Assembly (NCBI GenBank): GCA_031549175.1
Contig: JAVBQH010000017.1
Span: forward strand, 1-51,441
DNA length: 51,441 nt
Direction: 5' to 3'
Source: Raoultibacter sp.
GTDB lineage: Bacteria; Actinomycetota; Coriobacteriia; Coriobacteriales; Eggerthellaceae
The notes under the pieces are model-generated. The model was not told where the DNA came from and did no database searches. It saw only the letters and a list, made by a program, of their open reading frames with translations. The number at the start of each line of letters is the position of its first letter. The stretch's first letter is position 1. Below, in pieces: positions 45,301 through 51,441 of this stretch. A program made the position numbers and the translations under genes.

Positions 45301-46566
45301 GTCCTTACGAAAGCCCAGGCAAGCGCCGTCGATCCCGTTACCCAGGCCGACCTTACCTGCTCCATCAGCCCTGAGGATATGGACAAGGTGAACGCCCTGA
45401 CCGATGACGGGGATTCAACACAGGTCAACATCCGTGCCGCGTGCTCCGGCGACTACGAGTACACGGGAAGCTACCACACCCTGGTGAACCCTGCGAACTA
45501 TGAGCTTACCGGGACGAAGGAGATCACCGTCACGCTTATCAACGGGTACACCGTGAGCTTCGCGCAAGGCTCCCACGGCACGCTGCCCGAAGAGCCGAGC
45601 GGCACCAAGACCTACACCGACCTGTACCCCAACGAGCCGATGCCCGCCGCCCCAAGCGTCGCCCCTGATTCCGGATACAGCTTTGCCGGCTGGAAAGACC
45701 TTGCAACCGGCACGGTATACCAGCCGCAAGACCTACCCGCCCAGGTCACCAGCAACATAGCTTTTGAGGCCCAATACACGGTCAATCAGTACACATTGAG
45801 CTTCGACCTCAACGGTGCGCCGGGCTCCCCGCCCACCAGCCAGACGGTCTCCTTCGGCGGCCATTCGCAAGGTGTTGATGCCCCCACATGGGCAGGCCAC
45901 ACCTTCTTGGGCTGGAACACCGCACCTGACGGATCGGGCGCTCTCTGGGACCCGGCAAGCTTTACCATGCCTGCGGCCAACGTCGCGCTCTACGCCCAGT
46001 GGAGCGTCAGCCCGGTGCCGCCGGTTCCGCCCACACCACCTACTCCCCCCACGCCGCCGGTAACCCCGGTGACCCCCGACACTCCCCCTGTTGAAGCTCC
46101 AATCAGCACTGTCACGCCTTCCAGTGGCTTTGTGGCAACGGACACTGCCACGATCGACGACAGCGTGACGGTAAACGAAAACGCCGTCCCCCTGTACGGC
46201 GAGGGGGCCTACTGGGCTCTCGCAAACTTGATCCTGGTCATCCTCGGCTTCGTTTGTGCGGGCATTGCCCTTATCCGCATCATCTTCAATGCGCGCAAAG
46301 ATAACGACGATGAAAAGAAGAAGGACGCGAAGGCGGTCTGGTTCGTAGCTTCTTTAGTGGTCGCCGTTATTGCGGTCATCGCTTTCTTTCTTACTGAAAA
46401 CATGAACAACTCCATGGCCATTTTCGACCGTTGGACCATCATGATGGCAATCATCTTTGCCGCCACGCTCGTTGCGTCGCTTTTTGTTCTCAGGAAACAA
46501 GACGACGATACATCACCGGCCGACAGCCAGCCTTCAAAGCCGCTGTCACGGCCATATTCTGCTTGA
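42334..46566 (+). CDS. Large surface protein: signal peptide, BspA-type leucine-rich repeats (LRR_5), two InlB-B (Listeria-Bacteroides) repeats, Pro-rich linker and three C-terminal TM helices
   Basis: The signal peptide reads KRMTALLLALLIGGSSLITGLVAFA. Long arrays of about 23-aa repeats of the type I..IG..AF..C..L..I.IP..V follow. The InlB-B repeats lie at about 45544-46008 (YTVSFAQG...GYSFAGWKD...FEAQYTV; YTLSFDLNG...GHTFLGWNTAPDGSG...LYAQWSV). A PPVPPTPPTPPTPPVTPVTP linker follows. TM helices lie at about 46210-46289, 46333-46400 and 46432-46492. The start is ATG 42334 or 42343. Confidence 0.8.
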   Translation: MDDMGGITSSRQNGRTKRMTALLLALLIGGSSLITGLVAFADDSSAEQEHATHDTSGVSLTEEASDPAEGDASDAVTDEGAQDAAQEGKAPSESAAQAPTNASLLGGPPQLLAVTPSTYFSLSPDGTTILNFIQNEGDPITDVEIPDEIVAGTKITAIANGAFAGKGITSVSIPEAVTSIGNSAFANNPLMASVTFAGTSQLASIGDEAFKDCIGLSGITIPIGTTSLGSKAFNGCTSLTAIDIPAGITKINNSTFAGCSNLAAVTLHEGLLSIDSSAFNLCSPLTAITLPSTVTALGASAFENTALANITLSSSLQTIGAGCFSATKLTSITIPANVTTIGNNAFMQTIAGITINLPDHYPNSIAGKPWGAITENIYWKSVDSSCFYITPDGTLVGLKPAGHDGGICSTGYHEPGAELVIPASVGGITVTGLLPSAFQGNTNIVSVKFDPGCTFTTIAPGAFNNCFNLKTVQLNEGLTSIGSFAFAACYKLDSVNFPSTLTKIEDIAFAGDGALKDIQLNSGLETIGTRAFFQAKPSTLSIPSSVKSIGWEAFAGNDDLTTVTVEGSNPNLAIGTNAFPDAEKMKDIYLLGFNEGAVAGQPWGGQYATVHWQNGEYPPEVIITPDGWHYNRINGNIIKYAGPSGAGVDVVVPYEITSEGNTYYVTKPLPAGVLQTKTFKTITVSDGYTSIPQAFAQNTMAEKVTLPEGLTTIGAGAFGPSSVKSVNIPSSVQTIGAGAFGNATGATIEGVLPASLTTVGDNAFKNVPLNIENLQIPGTVKTIGAGAFDNCGLKGTIVIPNSVTSLTLTSFNNNPGIKNFVVNQYRSTCPFAASGSFMTDRQCPVLYLGEIPQAAAEVVADSSLDNTPLVRVDVSAQLQLDPLGQPVAYLAGMWVSDSGTFDDPSAHQKQIYDYTVSGNKTEAVESCALPAGTYYFFVSSSKMTKDGGKPDPSQYIRFEIVVSSPLALDVEGTDVVLLKKDAGTFTAQDVLTKAQASAVDPVTQADLTCSISPEDMDKVNALTDDGDSTQVNIRAACSGDYEYTGSYHTLVNPANYELTGTKEITVTLINGYTVSFAQGSHGTLPEEPSGTKTYTDLYPNEPMPAAPSVAPDSGYSFAGWKDLATGTVYQPQDLPAQVTSNIAFEAQYTVNQYTLSFDLNGAPGSPPTSQTVSFGGHSQGVDAPTWAGHTFLGWNTAPDGSGALWDPASFTMPAANVALYAQWSVSPVPPVPPTPPTPPTPPVTPVTPDTPPVEAPISTVTPSSGFVATDTATIDDSVTVNENAVPLYGEGAYWALANLILVILGFVCAGIALIRIIFNARKDNDDEKKKDAKAVWFVASLVVAVIAVIAFFLTENMNNSMAIFDRWTIMMAIIFAATLVASLFVLRKQDDDTSPADSQPSKPLSRPYSA

Positions 46567-46576
46567 TAAAATGAAC

Positions 46577-46605
46577 CTTCCTGGAGGTGTCACGCCTCCA
46601 GGAAG
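46577..46605. terminator. Hairpin between the convergent LRR-protein gene and the men operon (likely terminator, T tract on the minus-strand side)
   Basis: Perfect 11-bp stem cttcctggagg (46577-46587) / cctccaggaag (46595-46605). On the minus strand it is followed by GTTCATTTTATC. Confidence 0.5.
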
Positions 46606-46652
46606 AGGACCGCGGCTTTCGCGGCCAGCCCCCTTTCACCTTTAACAAAGCC

Positions 46653-49364
46653 TTACCGGGGAAAGACCCTCTCTTCGATGACGACGCGCCGTAAAGCCTC
46701 TTCGTCAAGCTCGCAGCCGAGGCCGGACACATGGCCTTCGTCGTTGAGCAGCACCTTCCCGTGCACCACGCTGAGACTCGGCCGAGTGATGTCGGCCTCG
46801 AAATACGCCGTTGCCGGACAGATGTCGCCGGGAAGCACGATGCCCGGCAAGGTCTGGAAGGCGGCGTGCATCCGCTTGGACACCGAGGTGTCGAACATCC
46901 CGCCCATCCAAACGATGCTGCCACGCGCATGGGCGCGTCGGTAGAAGTCGAGCGCGGGCGCGATGCCCCCCCACTTTGCAACCTTCAAGGAAAAGCAGTT
47001 GAGCTCGGGCCTTGCCAGGGCGTTCTCGACATCGCCCACGGATGCCAGGGATTCGTCGAGGCAAACCGGAGTCTGAAGCTGTCGCTGCAAGCGCGCCAGC
47101 CGGGGAAACAACCCGGTGGGGCCGACCCGGGGAACGCGTCCTGGGTCCAAAGGCTCTTCGATGCACGCAATGCCCAGGCCATCGAGGGTCTTGAGCACCT
47201 CAATGTCGCTTTCGGTATATGCCTGGTTGGCATCGAGCATCAGCATGAGGTCGGGGAACGCGGTGCGGATCGCGCTCACGTGCGCAACGTCGCTGCCAGG
47301 GGCGATCTTGAGCTTCACGCGCATGTACCCGGCATCAACCGCCCGCCTTACCGCCTCGACCGCCTGGTCAACCGGCATAAGCCCCACAACCGCCCCGGCG
47401 CTCACCTTTGCTTCTCCAGGCGTGACCTGACCTCCCACTTCCTCGCCGAGCAGCTGCCAAAGCGGCTTCCCGACGACCTTCCCGTAGAGGTCCCACAAGG
47501 CCGTTTCGAGCGCCGCCTTCGCCATGGGCAGGCCTGCCATACATTCGTCGAAGGCTTTTGTCACCTCGCGCGGATGGAGGTACACCTGGCTTAACACCTT
47601 GGGGATCAGGTGCTGCTCGAGGGCGGTGCGATCCTCGAGCAAGGTTTCCGGAAGATACCAGGAGGTTGGAAAGGCGACGCCTTCCCCAAGCCCCGTCCTT
47701 CCGGCATGGTCGGTGACCTCAAGGATGAGCGATTCGCGCTCGGCCATCAGGGTCTTCGCCGTCTTGACCGGTGCCTTGAATCTCTGCCTGATATGGTAGA
47801 GCCTCACCTGCTTCACCTCAAGGCGCTCGTCGTAGAGGGCATGGAGCGCCGCCCGGTCGACCTTCCCTATACTTATACGTGGAAAATTTTCGAGCACATA
47901 GAAGTGCCGGGGAAGATAGAGCTTCGACAGGCGCGTTTCGGCGCTTCGGCGGATCTCCTCGGCCTGGCTTTGCGGCGACCTGCCTTCGGGCGAGGGATAC
48001 TCGATGAAGGCGACGGGTCGCTTCCCCCATTCCTCGTCATCGACGCCAAAGATATACGTATCGCGCACTCCGGGGATGCGACCGAGCTTTTCGCTGATCT
48101 CGGCCGGATAGATGTTCTCCCCTCCCGAGACGAAGACGTCGCCTGCCCGTTCCTGGACGAATATCCGTCCGCGCGCAATCGATGCGCGGTCGCCCGTGAG
48201 GAAGAACCCGTCGGCCGTGAAGGCGGCGCGCGCGTTCAGGTAGCGCGTCAAGACGCCGGGGCCTCGTACGGCCAGCTGGCCGACGCCCGCCCCATCAGGG
48301 TCGATGATTTGCGCCTCATAACCGGGCAGCAGGCCGAGGCCGCCGTCAAACGATTGCGTCACCAGGGCAGATGCAATCTGGCTCGAGGTCTCCGTCATGC
48401 CATAGCTTGCAAAGAGGCGGATCTTTGCCTTGGTCGCCCGTTTAAGGTTGTGCTCGTTGGGAGCCGCTCCGCCCAGCAGGACAGCCTGGTATCTCTCAAG
48501 CGTCTGGCTTCGGTCGACATCGAGAAGGTCCCGAAGCATCTTGTCGACTACCGAGAGGTGGGTGGCGCCGAGCGCGGCGGCATCGCCCAATATCCGCCCC
48601 GGGTCAAACCGCCGGTACAAGACGAAGGGGTTGAACCCGAGGATGCTCCGCACGACCACCTCGAAACCCCCGATATGGTAAAGCGGCAGGGCGGCCTGCC
48701 ACAGCACCCCGCGCCCCGCTCCCAGGACCGCATTCGAGGACTCGGCAGCCTCGCAGAGGTTTTCCCAGCTCAAAGATGCCGCCTTGGGCCTGCCGCTCGT
48801 CCCCGACGTAAACATGACCAAAGCCTGCCGCTCGGGGTCGAAGGTCGCGAGCGCCTTTTCGGCAAAGTGGATCGCCTCCGAGACGGTGGGTACTTTCGAA
48901 CGGGTGCTTTGCCGCACCTCCTTCTGGCGGAACAGGCCTTTTCGCTTGGACACGCCCTCCTGCTCGAAGAGCCAGTCGTCTTCACGCGTCCTGGCCTGGC
49001 TGATCAGCGCGGCGGCGGCCTCCTCATCCAGCTGCAACAACAACGACGGCCCTATGGCATGCTCGAGGTCGAGCCGCCGCTCAAGCTTTTCTGCGCTGGT
49101 CAACCGGTTGTTCAACACTGCCAGAGAAAAGCCCCCGTATGCCGCCGCTGCGGCAAGAATCACGAATTCGGGACAATTCTGCAGGTCGACAAGCACACAG
49201 GAGTCGCGTCTGATGCCCCGGCGCTGCAGGAGCATGGCAAGCGTGACCGCCTTCATGCGAAGCTCGCGATAAGTAAAATCCCGTTCGGTGCCGTCTGTCT
49301 CTATGAAGCGGAAGCACCTTCTATCAGGCATTTCACGGGCAGATCTTTCCAAGGCGGTCAGCAC
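46653..49364 (-). CDS. Bifunctional fusion: o-succinylbenzoate-CoA ligase (MenE, about 47820-49364) and o-succinylbenzoate synthase (MenC, about 46653-47819)
   Basis: The N-terminal half has adenylate-forming motifs (FTSGTSGRPKAA, YGMTET, GDRA...FVSGGENIYPAEIE, SIGKVDR). The C-terminal half has enolase-superfamily/MenC catalytic residues in order (VKLKI, LDANQAY, IEEP, LDES, LKVAKWGG). It forms a single ORF with no internal stop. The GTG start at 49362-49364 lies 9 nt after the menB stop. Confidence 0.8.
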   Translation of the reverse strand: MLTALERSAREMPDRRCFRFIETDGTERDFTYRELRMKAVTLAMLLQRRGIRRDSCVLVDLQNCPEFVILAAAAAYGGFSLAVLNNRLTSAEKLERRLDLEHAIGPSLLLQLDEEAAAALISQARTREDDWLFEQEGVSKRKGLFRQKEVRQSTRSKVPTVSEAIHFAEKALATFDPERQALVMFTSGTSGRPKAASLSWENLCEAAESSNAVLGAGRGVLWQAALPLYHIGGFEVVVRSILGFNPFVLYRRFDPGRILGDAAALGATHLSVVDKMLRDLLDVDRSQTLERYQAVLLGGAAPNEHNLKRATKAKIRLFASYGMTETSSQIASALVTQSFDGGLGLLPGYEAQIIDPDGAGVGQLAVRGPGVLTRYLNARAAFTADGFFLTGDRASIARGRIFVQERAGDVFVSGGENIYPAEISEKLGRIPGVRDTYIFGVDDEEWGKRPVAFIEYPSPEGRSPQSQAEEIRRSAETRLSKLYLPRHFYVLENFPRISIGKVDRAALHALYDERLEVKQVRLYHIRQRFKAPVKTAKTLMAERESLILEVTDHAGRTGLGEGVAFPTSWYLPETLLEDRTALEQHLIPKVLSQVYLHPREVTKAFDECMAGLPMAKAALETALWDLYGKVVGKPLWQLLGEEVGGQVTPGEAKVSAGAVVGLMPVDQAVEAVRRAVDAGYMRVKLKIAPGSDVAHVSAIRTAFPDLMLMLDANQAYTESDIEVLKTLDGLGIACIEEPLDPGRVPRVGPTGLFPRLARLQRQLQTPVCLDESLASVGDVENALARPELNCFSLKVAKWGGIAPALDFYRRAHARGSIVWMGGMFDTSVSKRMHAAFQTLPGIVLPGDICPATAYFEADITRPSLSVVHGKVLLNDEGHVSGLGCELDEEALRRVVIEERVFPR

Positions 49365-49373
49365 GGGTTCCCC

Positions 49374-50213
49374 TTACGGAAATTTCGGGAAGCGGCTGAA
49401 GTCGGGTGGGCGCTTTTCCTTGAAGGCGTCACGCCCTTCCTTCGCCTCATCGGTGGTGTAGTAGAGCAACGTCGCATCGCCGGCGAGCTGCTGGATCCCG
49501 GCAAGCCCGTCAGTCGCCGCGTTGAAGCTGGCCTTCATGAACCGCAGGGCGGTCGCCGAAAGCTGCAGCATCTCACGGGCCCATTCGACGCATTCCTCCT
49601 CAAGCTTTTCGAAGGGCACCACCTTGTTGACGAGGCCCATCTCCAACGCTTCGGCAGCCGAATACTGCCTGCAGAGGTACCATATCTCGCGCGCCTTCTT
49701 CTGCCCGACGATGGCGGCCAGATATCCTGCGCCATATCCCGCGTCGAAGCTTCCCACCTTGGGCCCGGTCTGGCCGAACTTCGCCGTTTCGGCGGCGATC
49801 GAAAGGTCGCAGAGGATGTGCAGCACATGCCCGCCGCCCACGGCATAGCCGTTGACCATTGCAATCACGGGCTTTGGGACGATGCGGATCAGGCGCTGAA
49901 GGTCAAGCACGTTCAGGCGTGGGATATTGTCTTCGCCGACGTAGCCGCCGTCGCCCCGGATCTTTTGGTCGCCGCCCGAACAGAAGGCCTGGTCCTCGTT
50001 CTTCCCGTCATGGTTCGCGCCAGTAAGGATGATGACCCCCACGTCGGCGTCCTCGCGCGCGCGTGTGAAGGCATCATAAAGCTCGGCTACAGTAAGCGGG
50101 GTGAAGGCGTTGCGTCGCTCAGGGCGGTTGATGCTGATCTTCGCGATCCCTTCGGCGGCCTCATAGATGATCTCGCGATAGGGTTTGACCTGCTTCCAGA
50201 TAACCTCACTCAT
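49374..50213 (-). CDS. menB: 1,4-dihydroxy-2-naphthoyl-CoA synthase
   Basis: Crotonase fold with MenB-specific segments ([63 protein letters not shown]). Confidence 0.92.
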   Translation of the reverse strand: MSEVIWKQVKPYREIIYEAAEGIAKISINRPERRNAFTPLTVAELYDAFTRAREDADVGVIILTGANHDGKNEDQAFCSGGDQKIRGDGGYVGEDNIPRLNVLDLQRLIRIVPKPVIAMVNGYAVGGGHVLHILCDLSIAAETAKFGQTGPKVGSFDAGYGAGYLAAIVGQKKAREIWYLCRQYSAAEALEMGLVNKVVPFEKLEEECVEWAREMLQLSATALRFMKASFNAATDGLAGIQQLAGDATLLYYTTDEAKEGRDAFKEKRPPDFSRFPKFP

Positions 50214-50262
50214 ATGGTTCCCTTTCCAAAAAAACGTTTGCTATCCCGGCTCCTTTGCCGGC

Positions 50263-51105
50263 TTATTTCCGCGGTGGTTTCTTTCGCTTGCCCGGAGGCT
50301 CGTCCAAGAATTGCTGCACCCTTCGGCAGAACGCATCGGGATCCTCAACATGTATGTTGTGCCCCGTGTTCGCCAGGATGCAGGATATCCCCTTGTTATG
50401 CTGCAGCTTCTCCGCATTCTTCAGATACTTGCGGTCGAGTATCCCCGCCATATACAGGACGGGAAGAGGCAGCGCCTCGATCTGCCGTGTGAGGTTCGCC
50501 ATCGTGTGCTGGCCGGAGCCGCGGACGGTGAGCGCAAGGGCGCGGGGATCGTTGGCCAGGCGTTCCGCGCGAATTTTCTTGCGGACCTCCGGAGGGAGCC
50601 GCTTTTGCGTCTCGAAGATGCTCATGCCTTCCCAAAAATCGACGAAGTCCTTGATCTTCGCCGTGGAAAGCCGTTCGATCAGGTCGAGGTCACGCTTGAG
50701 CATGGCCTGGTGCTGCTGCGCGGTGTCGGGGCCGAGCCCTGTGCTTTCCAGGATCAACGAGGACACGCGGTGCGGTTGGGTGCAGGCATAGGTCAAGGCG
50801 ATACGCCCGCCCATGGAGTATCCCAGTATATCGATGCGATCGGCCCAAAGGCGCCTTTGAAGCGCGGATATGGATTGGAGCATGGGCCCCATCTCGTACG
50901 AGGCGGGTTCGTCGGGCTTGTCGCTTTTCCCGTGGCCGATGAGGTCGAGCGCCACGACGCGCCGGTCTTTTGCCAGACGGGGGGCAACCTCTTCCCAGGT
51001 CTTCGTGCTCTGCGCGAAACCGTGCAGCAGCACCAGGGGGGGCTTGTCCTTGTCGCCCCACTCGCTGTAGTGAAGGTGGATGCCCTTAAGTGAGATTATT
51101 CCCAT
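50263..51105 (-). CDS. menH: Alpha/beta hydrolase, probable SHCHC synthase
   Basis: LVLLHGF, the nucleophile elbow GYSMGGR and a C-terminal His region are present. Its position between menD and menB supports the assignment. Its start overlaps the menD 3' end by 20 nt. Confidence 0.75.
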   Translation of the reverse strand: MGIISLKGIHLHYSEWGDKDKPPLVLLHGFAQSTKTWEEVAPRLAKDRRVVALDLIGHGKSDKPDEPASYEMGPMLQSISALQRRLWADRIDILGYSMGGRIALTYACTQPHRVSSLILESTGLGPDTAQQHQAMLKRDLDLIERLSTAKIKDFVDFWEGMSIFETQKRLPPEVRKKIRAERLANDPRALALTVRGSGQHTMANLTRQIEALPLPVLYMAGILDRKYLKNAEKLQHNKGISCILANTGHNIHVEDPDAFCRRVQQFLDEPPGKRKKPPRK

Positions 51106-51441
51106 AGCGCTCGCTCAGCCCTGAGTCAGGAAGGTCGATTTCGATCAAGGAGATTCCGGTGGTTTGCGTGCATTCCTCATACGCGGCACGGAACTGCCCA
51201 CATGTCGTGGCCGCGTGGTAGGGGACGCCAAACCCCTGGGCGATGGCGGCGAAGTCCAGCGTTTGCGGTGTGGTGAAGAGCCGCTTGAAGTACGCCTCTT
51301 CGGAGTACTGCGGCAAGAGCTCGAATATGGCGCCGCCATGGTTGTTCAGCAAAACGATGACGATGCTCGGCCCTTGCGAAACAGGTGCCGGGGTGGGACA
51401 AAGGGGACTGTCCCTTTTGTCGCACTTTTGGGACAAGGGGG
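51086..51441 (-). CDS. menD: SEPHCHC synthase (MenD), C-terminal fragment; the gene continues beyond the window edge
   Basis: IVIVLLNNHGGAIFELLP...LFTTPQTLDFAAIAQGFGVPYH... matches the ThDP-binding C-terminal domain of MenD (NN.GG.IF motif). The reading frame stays open to the window end but passes through a palindromic repeat (51394-51441). Confidence 0.75.
   Translation of the reverse strand, partial: PLSQKCDKRDSPLCPTPAPVSQGPSIVIVLLNNHGGAIFELLPQYSEEAYFKRLFTTPQTLDFAAIAQGFGVPYHAATTCGQFRAAYEECTQTTGISLIEIDLPDSGLSERYGNNLT
51394..51441. repeat. Palindromic repeat, subfamily C/A-like (GGGACAAAGGGGACTGTCCCTTTTGTCC), plus the start of a second copy (GGGACAAGGGGG...) at the window edge
   Basis: It shares the core GACAAAGGGGAC-T-GTCCCTTTTGTC with the other family members. 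It is the only copy in the window that lies inside an open reading frame (menD). Confidence 0.7.

Overview
High-GC (roughly 60%) chromosomal segment. Gene content suggests a Gram-positive anaerobe of the Coriobacteriia/Eggerthellaceae type; this is inference only and was not verified. I can support 26 protein-coding genes. They are: a HEAT-repeat protein translationally coupled to acetyl-CoA synthetase; a MerR/GyrI-like regulator with a flavodoxin/ferredoxin-like protein; htpG; a small GIY-YIG-like protein with a CPBP protease; a fused ABC ATPase-FtsX permease; a Cache-GGDEF(degenerate)-EAL protein; a complete type II restriction-modification cassette (HTH-fused C5-methyltransferase, Eco47II-like endonuclease, Vsr); a QueG-like Fe-S protein; a nitroreductase; a giant surface adhesin of about 3,880 aa; catalase; hcp with a divergent Crp/Fnr (HcpR-like) regulator; a Pmp-repeat beta-helix protein with an LAETG sortase signal; a PAS-GGDEF diguanylate cyclase; an APC-family amino-acid permease; a 1,410-aa BspA-type LRR surface protein; and a menaquinone operon (menD partial, menH, menB, fused menE-menC). 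I saw no rRNA, tRNA, CRISPR, transposase, integrase or phage genes. I did not find a clearly new multi-gene protein system. The structure that the gene list does not explain is mostly non-coding. (1) A dispersed family of about 31-nt perfect palindromes, at least 13 copies in three covarying subfamilies. Copies abut or even supply stop codons, sit in 5' leaders, bracket the R-M cassette, and in one case are read in frame inside menD. (2) The 10-mer GCTATTACGT in 20-bp-phased triplets upstream of both the diguanylate cyclase gene and the giant adhesin gene. (3) A CIRCE operator on htpG. (4) A MerR-style 19-bp-spacer promoter with a perfect dyad. (5) A non-LPXTG C-terminal anchor motif shared by the two largest surface proteins. 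All coordinates were derived by hand from the sequence, and start codons are best guesses from RBS context.
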